Notes: a model not told the origin generated them from the sequence alone. 64,000 nt of DNA from Promethearchaeota archaeon (GCA_048940445.1 JBHLON010000001.1:147454-211453), one strand, 5' to 3'; shown: positions 10,865 through 21,539, numbered from the stretch's first letter. Translations and numbers: made by a program.

Positions 10865-12751
10865 ATGTCAAATGGTTTCTTTGGGAAGATCCTTTGGGTT
10901 GATTTAGATAATAGTTCCTTTAAAGAAGAAAAGCTCGAAGAAAATGCATATAGACAATTCTTTGGAGGATACGGTTTAGCATGTAAATTAATATATGAAC
11001 GACTTCCTCCAAAAATAGATCCTCTTTCTCCAGAGGCAATTCTGGGGTTTTTCCCCGGATTACTCACAGGTACTATAACGCCTTTAAGTGGTAGGTATAT
11101 GACAGCTGCTAAATCTCCATTAACAGGAACTTGGGGAGATGCTAATTCAGGAGGATATTTTGGTCCAGAGATAAAAAAGTGCGGATATGATGGAATATTG
11201 TTAACAGGTGCTTTTGATACTCCAAAATATATCTCAATCATAAATGAACAGAAAGAGATTTTAGATGCTAATGGTATTTGGGGGTTGGATACAGTGGAAA
11301 CTGACATAAAGTTAAAAGAGAAATATGGGAATGTGCACGTTTCATGTATTGGATTGGCTGGTGAGAAGCAATCTTTAATTTCTGGAATTGTCACTGATAA
11401 AGGAAGAATTGCTGCTAGATGTGGATTAGGAGCAGTTATGGGGGTAAAAATGTTGAAGGCTATCGTACTTAAGGGAAACAATAGAGTTCAAGTGGCAAAT
11501 AAGGATGCTTTAACCTCTATAACTCAGAAATATAATGAAGGAATTAATAATTCTGGAACAGGAACTATCACTGTTTATAAAACTTTGGGTACAAGTGGCT
11601 TAAATGATGTTAGTATTCAATCAGGCGATGCTCCCATAAAAAATTGGGGAGGTAACTTCAATGATAACTTCCAAATGGAAAAAACACGAAAAATAGGAGG
11701 TATAGAATTAAATAAGTATAAGATTAGAAAATACGGTTGCTTCTCATGTGCAGTTCAATGCGGAGGAATTGTTAAGGTTCCTGAAATCAACCTTGAGGAA
11801 AGTCATATACCCGAATATGAAACTTGTGCTTCATTAGGAGCACTTTTACTTAATGATGATAAATTATCACTATTTCAAATTAATGATTTATGTAATAGAG
11901 CGGGAATAGATACAATATCGATTGGGGGTACAATAGCCTTCGTAATTGAATGTTATGAAAATGGGATTATTGATAAAAGCCAAACCGATGGTTTAGAACT
12001 AAGCTGGGGAAATTCTAAAACAATCATTGAATTAGTTAAAAAAATTATAAAAAGACAAGGAATTGGCAATATTTTAGCCGATGGTTGTTATAGAGCCTCA
12101 AAGCATTTCGGTAAGGACAGTGAAATATATGCGATACATTCAATGGGGCAAGAATTAGCTATGCATGATCCTAAATTTTTTAAATCTCTTGGTATGAGTT
12201 ATGCTTTTGACCCAACACCTGGTAAACACACTAATCCAAGTATTGATATAATGGCTATAGGACCATTGATTAAGCCAAATGGATTGATTAATGGTCTAAG
12301 TCTACCAAAAAGATGGAAACGCGTTGGTAGTGAAGATAGAGCTACTGCTCAAAAAATAGTCGTTGGATTAAAACAAGCTACAAATGCTTTAGGATTGTGT
12401 GAATTTCTAAATCTTTACCAAGAATATCCATTAACGGAAGTAATAAGTTCAGTAGTTGGCTGGGATCTTTCTATTGAGGAAATCTTCGAAGTTGGATACC
12501 GTATTCACACTTTGCGTCAAGCATTTACAATTCGAGAGGGTATAATTATGGTAAACAACTCACTTCCAGGAAGAGCAGTTGGTGATCCTCCTTTCGAAAG
12601 TGGACCTCATAAAGGAAAAATAGTTGATTATAAAGAGGATTATCAAAACTTTTGTGAAGCAATAGGATGGAATCCCGAGAATGGGTATCCTTTAAAAGAA
12701 ACTCTAAAAGATCTAAATCTAGATTTTGTTACAAAAGATCTTTATCCATAA
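10865..12751 (+). CDS. aor: tungsten aldehyde:ferredoxin oxidoreductase family protein
   Basis: KSPLTG, SGGYFG, IGLAGE, RCGLGAVMG, CFSCAVQC, PEYET, GIDTIS. Confidence 0.93.
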   Translation: MSNGFFGKILWVDLDNSSFKEEKLEENAYRQFFGGYGLACKLIYERLPPKIDPLSPEAILGFFPGLLTGTITPLSGRYMTAAKSPLTGTWGDANSGGYFGPEIKKCGYDGILLTGAFDTPKYISIINEQKEILDANGIWGLDTVETDIKLKEKYGNVHVSCIGLAGEKQSLISGIVTDKGRIAARCGLGAVMGVKMLKAIVLKGNNRVQVANKDALTSITQKYNEGINNSGTGTITVYKTLGTSGLNDVSIQSGDAPIKNWGGNFNDNFQMEKTRKIGGIELNKYKIRKYGCFSCAVQCGGIVKVPEINLEESHIPEYETCASLGALLLNDDKLSLFQINDLCNRAGIDTISIGGTIAFVIECYENGIIDKSQTDGLELSWGNSKTIIELVKKIIKRQGIGNILADGCYRASKHFGKDSEIYAIHSMGQELAMHDPKFFKSLGMSYAFDPTPGKHTNPSIDIMAIGPLIKPNGLINGLSLPKRWKRVGSEDRATAQKIVVGLKQATNALGLCEFLNLYQEYPLTEVISSVVGWDLSIEEIFEVGYRIHTLRQAFTIREGIIMVNNSLPGRAVGDPPFESGPHKGKIVDYKEDYQNFCEAIGWNPENGYPLKETLKDLNLDFVTKDLYP

Positions 12752-12836
12752 TGTATTTCATTATTTATATCAAGATTAAAATTCTAATTCAAAAGAGTGA
12801 CAAAAGGTTAAAGATTTAGTAATTGAACCCAAAATA

Positions 12837-13694
12837 GTGAAAACACCAATCATATCTTGTTCAAGAAGAACAGATATTCCAGCATTTTTGATGGATTGGG
12901 TCATTCAAAAAATAAAAGTGGGATATGTTGACGTAAGAAATCCATTCAATAGAAATCAGATTTATCGAGTATCCTTAAAACCAGAGCATGTAAAATGTTG
13001 GGTTTGGTGGAGTAAAGATTTTAATAATTGGATTCAATCTTATAAGAAATATCCATCTCTTTTCAATTCCTATAAAGGACACTCTTTTCAATTTACAATC
13101 AATTCTCCTTCAGAATTAGAAGCTAATATTACTACTTCACTAGAAGAGAGATTCAATCAATTAGAGTCGCTGATAAAGAATTTTGGGATCTTGGCATTAA
13201 ACTTTAGATTTGATCCAATAATATTTTATAAAAGAAAAGGTTCCAATCTTATTAAAAATAATCTTGATAAATTTGAATATATTATTGAAAAGATTTCTTC
13301 CTTAGGACTTAGAGAAATGATTTTTTCATTCGCAACGATTTATTCTAAAGTAAAATATAGAATGATCTCGAGAGGATTTATTCCAATTGACCTTACCTAT
13401 GAGGATAAAAAAAGAATTATAACACGTTTAATATGTTTCTGTCAAGAGTATAAGATTAAAATGAAAGCATGTTGTCAACCAGACTTACTTGAAATACCCG
13501 ATCTCGAACAAGCACATTGTATTGATGCATATAAGATTGAAAAATTAGTTGGTGAGAATATTCCAAAAGTTAGAGACTCAGGGCAAAGAAAAAGTTGTGG
13601 ATGTTATAAATCGAAAGATATTGGAGGTTATACAGGAATTTTTCGTTGTAAACATAACTGTCATTATTGTTATGCATCTCCAGCTAAGAGATGA
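12837..13694 (+). CDS. DUF1848 family protein (radical-SAM-related)
   Basis: IISCSRRTDIPAF, RFDPI, GQRKSCGCYKSKDIG, CKHNCHYCYA. Confidence 0.9.
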   Translation: MKTPIISCSRRTDIPAFLMDWVIQKIKVGYVDVRNPFNRNQIYRVSLKPEHVKCWVWWSKDFNNWIQSYKKYPSLFNSYKGHSFQFTINSPSELEANITTSLEERFNQLESLIKNFGILALNFRFDPIIFYKRKGSNLIKNNLDKFEYIIEKISSLGLREMIFSFATIYSKVKYRMISRGFIPIDLTYEDKKRIITRLICFCQEYKIKMKACCQPDLLEIPDLEQAHCIDAYKIEKLVGENIPKVRDSGQRKSCGCYKSKDIGGYTGIFRCKHNCHYCYASPAKR

Positions 13695-14159
13695 TTACCT
13701 ATTTTCCAATGATGAATTAAAATCAAAAAGATACTTATACAATTCATGGAAAGGTGGAACTACGCCTAATTCTTCAAAAATATCATAAAAGCAAAAAGCA
13801 CCCCATTGATCATACACTTTTCCTTCTGAATTAATATAGAGAATTGTAGCTCCTTCGAACTGAACTTTTTTATTTGTAGGCTTAAACCCCCATCCCGATC
13901 CCTTATGAGTGGCTTGAGCTTGATATCGAATCCAAACTTTATTTTCTTCACTAACCATTTCTAAGATTTCATACTTTAAATCTGGAAAAATCGACCTAAA
14001 ATGCTTTATTTCATGCTGTACTTGAGACGGCCCTACTTTATCTATGTGAATCCAACTAGGATTATATTCTGAGTCCACAATTTCATTAGCTAGATGAACA
14101 TCAGGTTTACTCCACATAATTTCAAACCACTTTCTGCCAATTTCTTCTAAATTATTCAA
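13695..14159 (-). CDS. SnoaL-like ester cyclase (NTF2 fold)
   Basis: FPDLKYEILEMVSEENKVW...THKG...PTNKKV. Confidence 0.85.
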   Translation of the reverse strand: MNNLEEIGRKWFEIMWSKPDVHLANEIVDSEYNPSWIHIDKVGPSQVQHEIKHFRSIFPDLKYEILEMVSEENKVWIRYQAQATHKGSGWGFKPTNKKVQFEGATILYINSEGKVYDQWGAFCFYDIFEELGVVPPFHELYKYLFDFNSSLENR

Positions 14160-14227
14160 TTTTACTCATCTTTTTTGTTTTGAATTAATTTATTATAATG
14201 TGCTTTAATTTTTAAGATCAATCAATA

Positions 14228-14501
14228 GGCTTTTTAATGGAACATATTTGGAATAATTGGGAAGTTGGTACAAAGATCGAGAGTTCTGGTCCAGAAGGTC
14301 ATTTTTATTACAAACCGCTTCAAGATTCAAAATATATTATGGAATTGTAGATAGTTCAGGTATCACTCCATTTCGTTCCATGGTTAAAAAGATTTCATAA
14401 GGATGCACCAACGCAAATTTAACGATACTTTATGGCAATAATGAAGGGGTTGATATTATTTTCTATAAAGCGATGGAAGACGAGCTGCTGATAAGCTATT
14501 A
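14228..14501 (+). pseudogene. degraded FNR-family FAD/NAD(P)-binding oxidoreductase fragment
   Basis: GFLMEHIWNNWEVGTKIESSGPEGHFYYKPLQDSKYI, frameshift, then GIVDSSGITPFRSMVKKIS*...LTILYGNNEGVDIIFY; matches GPxGxF and G(G)SGITPFxSM motifs. Confidence 0.75.
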
Positions 14502-14563
14502 GGTTTTATACATCCATGTCCATTGTATTTTATAAGTGATATTGAATTCGAAGTTCCCAGAAA

Positions 14564-15463
14564 TTAAAAATCTCTAAATTCAAATTCCAAAAATATTTCT
14601 TTAATTCTTTTCTTCTGATCTTTTCTTAACCAATCACTATGATTATACAATGGTTTCATTCCTAATTTATTATATTTAGAAAGATATAAAGGATTATACG
14701 GAATTAGTCCAATCTTTTTGATATTTAAGGATTTAAGATAATTTTTCCAATCAAATAAATTTTTTTCTGTAGATGTAATGCTTGGAATTAAGGGAATTCT
14801 TGGTAAAACGTCTAATTCCTCTTTATCCAATAGATATTCAAAATTATTCAATATCTTTTCATTTTTTATTTTACAATATCGAATGTGTGATTTCTGATTA
14901 AAGAGCTTTAGATCAAAGTAGATTAGATCAACATAGGGTAAAATTAAGTCATCAAATTTAGCGTTATCAAAATAACCGCATGTTTCAATACAAGTATGAA
15001 TATTATTCTCCTTTAATTTCTTTAAAAGTTTGTGTAAATAATCCATATGATAGAGTGGTTCTCCTCCAGAAAATGTTACACCCCCACCAGAATTATCATA
15101 AAATATTTTATCTCTTAAAATTATTTCGAGTAAATTCTCAATACTGTACTCCTTTCCTACATAACTTATAGCTTTACTTGGACATTTTTCTATGCATTTA
15201 CCACATAAATTGCATAATGCTCTATCTATTCGATATTTATAGGAAAAAGATATAGCACTTCGATCACATACTTCTATACATTGTTTACATTCAATACAAT
15301 CAGTACCATCAAATGAAATTTCTTGAAAAGGACTTTTAGCCTCTGGATTTTGACACCATACGCAAGCCAATGGACATCCTTTAAAGAAAATCAATGTTCT
15401 TATGCCAGGGCCATCATCTAAGGCATTTCTCTTAATGTCTACAATTAAAGTTTTCTGGGTCAT
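14564..15463 (-). CDS. glycyl-radical enzyme activating protein with two extra [4Fe-4S] motifs
   Basis: DGPGIRT, GCPLACVWCQNPE, two CxxCxxCxxxC, GGGVTFSGGEP. Confidence 0.94.
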   Translation of the reverse strand: MTQKTLIVDIKRNALDDGPGIRTLIFFKGCPLACVWCQNPEAKSPFQEISFDGTDCIECKQCIEVCDRSAISFSYKYRIDRALCNLCGKCIEKCPSKAISYVGKEYSIENLLEIILRDKIFYDNSGGGVTFSGGEPLYHMDYLHKLLKKLKENNIHTCIETCGYFDNAKFDDLILPYVDLIYFDLKLFNQKSHIRYCKIKNEKILNNFEYLLDKEELDVLPRIPLIPSITSTEKNLFDWKNYLKSLNIKKIGLIPYNPLYLSKYNKLGMKPLYNHSDWLRKDQKKRIKEIFLEFEFRDF

Positions 15464-15528
15464 TCTAATTAAAGATTAGGTATTTAAGATTAAAAATAAA
15501 ATATAATAGCTATTTATTTTACTACTCA

Positions 15529-18492
15529 TCACGACATATATTCGTGGCGCTCAATTAGTTCCAATTGCATATTTTTATTTAATTTTACGAAATAAGCATT
15601 ATAACCTGAAACCCTAACCAAGAGCCATCGGTAATCTTCAGGAGATTCCATCGCATTCCTTAGAGTATCTGAGCTTATAACATTAAACTGCCATTGCATT
15701 CCATTTAAATCGAAAAAGCTTTGAACATAACTCATGAATAGGTCTAATGTCTCTTTGTGTGAATCTCCTGGATGTGGTATTAACTTTACGTTATAAGAAG
15801 CATTGTTTGGCATTTTTAAATAGTTTAAACTTGCAACACTTTGAATGCTGGGAAGCAAAATATCTGTTGTTCCTGGAGCTGGAGTTAATCCAGGTGTCAG
15901 AGATTTCCCTTTTTTTCGACCCGATGGTAAGGCTCCTGTTAGCATTCCAAATCCCGCATGATAACTTATTGACCAGTAACCTACTAAATATTTGCCTCCT
16001 CTGTAATTATTAATAGCATGGTATGTGTCATAACAAAAATTAATCAAATCTTGAGCAAGCTCCACAGCACCATTTTGTCCAGATCCAAATTTTGGGACTT
16101 TTTCTATACTTTTAAGAATTGAGCTGTGTCCATTTTCAAAATTATGTTCAATTGCATCCATTAAAGTAACAAAATCTAATTCCTTTCTTTTATAAATTAA
16201 ATCTCTTATTACAACTAAACTATCAATTACATCTGTAAGAGCAACCAGGGCAACTCCAGAAGTATTATAAACAGCACCACCTTGTACTAGATCTTTGCCT
16301 TTATCGAGTGGACCATTAAAAAACCCTGATAATAACGGAGTGGGATGGATATATTGATGTGACGTTCCTAAAAAGTTATTTATTTCAATAGATTGTTCTG
16401 CTAAATACTTTAATTGCGTTTTGTAAGCATCATAAAAGTCTTCAAAACTTTTAAAATCATCTCGGGGATTTCCTGTAGAGGGCCCTACTTTTTCTCCAGT
16501 TAGAGGGATGATACCATCATTTAATACCATTTCTAAAGGAGCTACCAAATTTAAGAGCATACAATTCGTATGTCCATAATGCTTTCCTACGATTGTTGGT
16601 TCAACACATCCAGTAGCAGCCCAGTCTCTTGCGTCTTCTAAAATAAATCCTTCATGAACTAATGCTTCAATCATGGTTTTATCATTATGAATACTTGGTG
16701 AAGCTCCCATATTAATATTAACTTCACACAAACGTCGTAGATACTCCTTAGAATTGATACCTGGATAATATCTTGCATTCATATTTGGATCTTGAAATCC
16801 TAGCACTTCATTAGTTTTCAAAATAATAAAAGTCATATCATTCACAGCATTATTACCATTTCTATCAACTCCACCAACAGTTACAGTATCGTCGGAAGAA
16901 CTCCCACCAAATAATTTCCAACCAACATTTGGCATGAGAGGATCGTGATCATTAATTCTTATGAATAAAGATCCTATTAATTCGATGGTTCTTTTTATGA
17001 TTTTATCTTTTTCGGCTTCAGTTTTAGCTTGATTCATTTCTTTCAAAAAGAATGGTTGTAACATCTGATCAAGCCTGCCAATTGACAAAGCCGAATTTGC
17101 ATTTTCACAGTGAAGACATACAAAACTAGTCCAAATTGATTGGATTGCTTCTTGTAAAGTTTCTGCAGGTTTAGCAGGTACTTTCGCACATACTCTAGAA
17201 ATTTCTTTTAACTCTTCAATCCTTTCTGCTTGTTTAGGATTAGTAGGGTCTAAATTATTCATAATATTTAATGCTTCTTCGCTTAAATGTTTTGAATAAG
17301 TTAATACTCCATCAATTGCGATTTGTACTGCTTGATAAAAGTTTTGTTTCTCGTTATTTTCTGCTTTTTTTTCCATTTCATTGGCTTTATTTTTTACCTT
17401 CTCCAAACCATCATTAATTATCATTGGGAATCCTGGAACTGTGTGACTAATAGCATTATTTTTCATCATAAAATAAAACACCCACCCTTCTTCTAATTGT
17501 TGTGAAACAGGATTATTATATTTCGCTCGATTATATTCTCTTACATTTCTTTCCATCCAATAAGGGAAAACTTCTAAACTTAAAATATCCGCATCTTTTT
17601 CTGATATATCGTTTGGATTAAGCTCACGTTGCCCTATTGTTTTTAACTCTGGCCAAATGGCAGTACCAATAAGTTCCGGGTAAATGGGAATTCCCACTTC
17701 TTTTGAAGTAGTAGATCCAGCTATAAGATGTTTTTGATGAATTATTGGTATTTTATTGGTCATTATATGATTAACAGCTCTAGCTTGACGTAATTCAGGA
17801 TCTATAGGAATTCCTGAATTATCTATTTCAAATCCATTCTCTCTATGATATTCAGTAAGGAGTTTAGCTCGCTCAACGCAGATTGCGGGTTTTAATGCGA
17901 ATCGTCTATTTTTCAAATATTTTAAACGTGGGAAATCATCTATAGAGTATTTTGATAAGTAAGGATCATCTAGGTAATGAACGTTATCTATTTTATAATT
18001 TAGAGATTCGTTTTTAATTGTTCTGCTCTTTTTTCCCTTATCAATATCTTCAATTGGATACATTAATTGGTTTTCAGGACCTTTATAATCTTTTATTTTA
18101 GCTCCCATTACTAAAGAAATGAGGTAAGAGAATTTAGTGAGATACGACATATTTCCAATATATCCCATCTCATTAGTTAATAAGTAATCAAGTGATTCTT
18201 CAGCACTTTTATCATAAAGGTTAGCTAAAGTTTCCTTGTTCTTATAATAAATAGTAATGTTAGGATTTTCAATTTTTCCCTCATGGACTGTCATTTTCCC
18301 ATCTTTAAAAATTACATATACACTAACTTTTTCGTCTTTTGTAATGAATTGGTATTTTGCATTAAAAACAAATCCTGTCTTTTCATTATAGATTTCTCGA
18401 CGCATCTTTCTTCTAGTATCAAATATCATAGCAAGGAGATTTAATTGTTCTTTAAAATTCTCAACCTTTTGATCAATTTCTAATTCATTCAT
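15529..18492 (-). CDS. glycyl-radical enzyme (PFL2/dehydratase-like) with N-terminal SCP2-like domain
   Basis: Cys loop TGCVEP, Gly loop LVRVSGY, SIGRLDQ; the N-terminal ~130 aa resemble the SCP2 sterol-carrier fold. Confidence 0.9.
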   Translation of the reverse strand: MNELEIDQKVENFKEQLNLLAMIFDTRRKMRREIYNEKTGFVFNAKYQFITKDEKVSVYVIFKDGKMTVHEGKIENPNITIYYKNKETLANLYDKSAEESLDYLLTNEMGYIGNMSYLTKFSYLISLVMGAKIKDYKGPENQLMYPIEDIDKGKKSRTIKNESLNYKIDNVHYLDDPYLSKYSIDDFPRLKYLKNRRFALKPAICVERAKLLTEYHRENGFEIDNSGIPIDPELRQARAVNHIMTNKIPIIHQKHLIAGSTTSKEVGIPIYPELIGTAIWPELKTIGQRELNPNDISEKDADILSLEVFPYWMERNVREYNRAKYNNPVSQQLEEGWVFYFMMKNNAISHTVPGFPMIINDGLEKVKNKANEMEKKAENNEKQNFYQAVQIAIDGVLTYSKHLSEEALNIMNNLDPTNPKQAERIEELKEISRVCAKVPAKPAETLQEAIQSIWTSFVCLHCENANSALSIGRLDQMLQPFFLKEMNQAKTEAEKDKIIKRTIELIGSLFIRINDHDPLMPNVGWKLFGGSSSDDTVTVGGVDRNGNNAVNDMTFIILKTNEVLGFQDPNMNARYYPGINSKEYLRRLCEVNINMGASPSIHNDKTMIEALVHEGFILEDARDWAATGCVEPTIVGKHYGHTNCMLLNLVAPLEMVLNDGIIPLTGEKVGPSTGNPRDDFKSFEDFYDAYKTQLKYLAEQSIEINNFLGTSHQYIHPTPLLSGFFNGPLDKGKDLVQGGAVYNTSGVALVALTDVIDSLVVIRDLIYKRKELDFVTLMDAIEHNFENGHSSILKSIEKVPKFGSGQNGAVELAQDLINFCYDTYHAINNYRGGKYLVGYWSISYHAGFGMLTGALPSGRKKGKSLTPGLTPAPGTTDILLPSIQSVASLNYLKMPNNASYNVKLIPHPGDSHKETLDLFMSYVQSFFDLNGMQWQFNVISSDTLRNAMESPEDYRWLLVRVSGYNAYFVKLNKNMQLELIERHEYMS

Positions 18493-18797
18493 TTTAACAT
18501 TCTAATGTTATTTTAATTCACTGAAAAATTGATTAATTATTTCTATATTTAATAATTTTTAAAGATTTAATTGATTTAGTTTTCATATTAGTTAAGGGAT
18601 ATTTAAATAAAGAGAAGATTAATGCCCAAATTATACACAAAACATACGATATTGTTGTTATTGGAGAGAGTCACAGCAGATTGAGATAAATATGAGTCCA
18701 AGATCAACTAAGGCTTTTTTATACTTAACATAAACTTTATTTAAAATCCTTAATTCAAAATTTTTAATCTTCTGCTATAGAGAAACTCATTTTAAGA

Positions 18798-20240
18798 ATG
18801 GATATTAAAATTAAATTCGGAATTAGTGCCTTCTTAATAATTTTACTCCAATCTAGTTTGAAAATATTAGGAGTGATTGTTACTGGAAGTTTAAGTTTTT
18901 TATCTGAAACAGTTGATACTTTATCAGATATTGTATTTGCTTTTTTGACGATTTATTCCATTTATCTTAGTCAACGTCCACCCGACTATGAACATATGTA
19001 TGGACATTCTAAAATGGATTCAATTGGAGCGATGATCCAAGGTGCATTTCTAATAACAACATATATCTTCTTAATAATTAATGCAATAGAAGCTATAATT
19101 AACCAAGCTTTTATTGTCAACAATGCCGATTTTGGATTCCAGATTCTAATTATTTCCTTTTTAATCAACATATTCTATTCCAGAATCTTAATCTGGCAAG
19201 GAAAAAAAAGAAGAAGCTTATCACTACAAATACAGGGACTAAATTTATTTCAAGATTCTCTGAGGGCTATTATTGTTATTGTAAGTTTTATTTTGGTTTT
19301 ATTTTTCAACATTACTTATTTAGATCCATTCTTTAGCATAGCAATTTCAATATGGATAATTTTGACTGCTATTAAGCTCTTGAGAAAAGGGGTGGCAGAT
19401 CTTGCTGATGTTAATCCTGTTAGTTCTCACATTATAGAAGAATTAAGAGAAAAGATATTTAAATTAGAACATGTTAATGCTGTTGAAGATTTGAAAGTTC
19501 GTGCGAGTGGAGATAAACTTTTTATTGATGTTTGGCTTTCTGTTGAAGATCATATTTCAATAATTCATGCTAATGAAATTACTAAGGCAATAAGTTCAAT
19601 GTGTAAGTCATATTTTCCACCATATTCAGTTGAAACCATAGTAGAAATGAATCCTCTTGGGGGAGAAGTTTCTATAGGTGAGAAGATCATTAATTTACTC
19701 CATTCAATGACAAGTGAATTTCATGACATTCTCGAATTCAAAGATTTAAATGTTTTCAGTATTGAAGATGAGTATTTTCTTTCGATAACTATAGTGGTCG
19801 CCCAAGATTTGTCTCTTACAGCAGCTCATGAAATAAGTTATGATTTTGAAAAAGAGTTGAAAAGAGAAGAACCTCTTATTTCTCGTGTAATTACTCATAT
19901 TGAATCAAGTATTTTAAGTGGAAGATTATCAACGAAGCAATTAGCATGTAAAAGATTTAATCAAGAAGAATTAAAATTAATTCAGAAAAAAATTGAGATC
20001 ATTCTAAAAACTGAACCTGAAGTCAAAGGCTATCATGGATTTGAATTGTGGTCAACCACAGATTTTTGTATACTTGAGTTACACATTTTTTTTGATGGAA
20101 GGTTAAACATCTCAAAAGTTCATGAAATTATTACAAAACTAGAGGAAAAAGTTTCTAAGTCTCTTAATATTGAAGATTTAAATGAAATAATCTTTCATTC
20201 AGAACCTCTTAAAGGCCGAAAAGATGGGATAATATTTTGA
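18798..20240 (+). CDS. cation diffusion facilitator (FieF-like) with three tandem cytoplasmic dimerisation domains
   Basis: PPDYEHMYGHSK, 6 TM, then three repeats of the type LSxxxAHEI...ITHIE/IFHSEP. Confidence 0.88.
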   Translation: MDIKIKFGISAFLIILLQSSLKILGVIVTGSLSFLSETVDTLSDIVFAFLTIYSIYLSQRPPDYEHMYGHSKMDSIGAMIQGAFLITTYIFLIINAIEAIINQAFIVNNADFGFQILIISFLINIFYSRILIWQGKKRRSLSLQIQGLNLFQDSLRAIIVIVSFILVLFFNITYLDPFFSIAISIWIILTAIKLLRKGVADLADVNPVSSHIIEELREKIFKLEHVNAVEDLKVRASGDKLFIDVWLSVEDHISIIHANEITKAISSMCKSYFPPYSVETIVEMNPLGGEVSIGEKIINLLHSMTSEFHDILEFKDLNVFSIEDEYFLSITIVVAQDLSLTAAHEISYDFEKELKREEPLISRVITHIESSILSGRLSTKQLACKRFNQEELKLIQKKIEIILKTEPEVKGYHGFELWSTTDFCILELHIFFDGRLNISKVHEIITKLEEKVSKSLNIEDLNEIIFHSEPLKGRKDGIIF

Positions 20241-20243
20241 ATG

Positions 20244-21392
20244 TTAGAAATTAAACTCATACTTTTCTAATCCTAAATCATTCCTAATGTATCTTATATC
20301 CTCCTGAAGGCTTTTATTTAGTTGGATTCCAGCTTTTTTTATTTCAATTTCAGTATTATATTCCTTTTCACCAGCAGTATATATCCTCTCGATTCCAGGC
20401 TCTTTTTTAGAGGTTCTTAAAGTTCTCATAATATTACCGGTTGTTTTTTTAAAAGATTTTGATCCCAAAAAGTTTTCTATGTTTATGGCTAAAAAGAAAT
20501 GCCCCACGGGCAACCTTTTTTGGCCATTTTTATAAGTTCCAGCATTTTCTTTTAAGAAATTACCTTCTTGTAATGCTGATGAAAGAATTTCTACAAATGT
20601 CGCATACCCATATCCTTTATGGCCAGAAGTACTTTCTCCCTTTCCTCCCAAGGGTAATAAAGCTGCAGAAGCTTTATCTAAATCATGCAAAACCTCTTCT
20701 GGATTATCCTCAATTGTACCATTTTTAGTGATTATTAATCCAGAAGGAAGTGATTTATGCAACCTATTATAAACTTCAACTTTTCCTCTTTGTATAATTG
20801 AAGTAGCGCAGTCAATCAAAAAAGGAAATTCTTCATCAGTTGGAGCTCCCATGGTGAGAGGATTCGTACCTAATAGGGGTTCTACTCCAAAAGTAGGAGG
20901 GACCATTGGTCTTGTATTTGTAGTTGTAATTCCAATCATGCCCTCTTTTATAGCCATTAAGCTATAAAAACCAGCTATACCGAAGTGACTGGAGTTGCGT
21001 GTAGCAACAGCTCCCAATCCATACTTCTTAGCTTTTTTTATAGCTAGCTTCATAGATTTGTATGCAATCACAGGTCCTAATCCAAATCCCCCATCAATTA
21101 CAGCTGTAGTTTTAGTATCTTTGATAACTTTTATTTTCGTTTTCGCATTATAAATCCCTTGTTTAACCCTCTCATAGTAAGTCCTTAATCTTTGAATTCC
21201 ATGAGAATCTATACCGCGCAGATCAGAGGCAATTAACACATCAGATACTATTTTTGCATGTTGTTTGGGCGCACCTAACTTAATAAATACATCCTTGACG
21301 AACTGTTTCAATAATTTGTAATTCACATAAACTGAACCATTAAAATCTATCTTCGATTCAGGTTTAGAATTACTTCTTTCGGTCGTGTACAT
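20244..21392 (-). CDS. Ldh_2 family (type 2 malate/L-lactate/ureidoglycolate) dehydrogenase, paralog 2
   Basis: DLRGIDSHG, NSSHFG, GTNP, GHKGYG. Confidence 0.92.
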   Translation of the reverse strand: MYTTERSNSKPESKIDFNGSVYVNYKLLKQFVKDVFIKLGAPKQHAKIVSDVLIASDLRGIDSHGIQRLRTYYERVKQGIYNAKTKIKVIKDTKTTAVIDGGFGLGPVIAYKSMKLAIKKAKKYGLGAVATRNSSHFGIAGFYSLMAIKEGMIGITTTNTRPMVPPTFGVEPLLGTNPLTMGAPTDEEFPFLIDCATSIIQRGKVEVYNRLHKSLPSGLIITKNGTIEDNPEEVLHDLDKASAALLPLGGKGESTSGHKGYGYATFVEILSSALQEGNFLKENAGTYKNGQKRLPVGHFFLAINIENFLGSKSFKKTTGNIMRTLRTSKKEPGIERIYTAGEKEYNTEIEIKKAGIQLNKSLQEDIRYIRNDLGLEKYEFNF

Positions 21393-21539
21393 TAAATCAT
21401 CAGAAATTTTATGATGATATTTATTTTACTTCCTTTCTATTTAATTAAAATCCTATTTAATATAAGGTGAAAATTAGTATATAGCAAGTAAAAAACCTTA
21501 AGAATCAATGATCTTCAAAATCCTCCATTTTGAAGAAAA

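Noticed and set aside
18622-18690. Possible degraded Rossmann motif YDIVVIGESHSRL (cf. YDxVVIGGGHNGL)
   Set aside because: Only about 15 codons, no continuation; cannot be distinguished from chance
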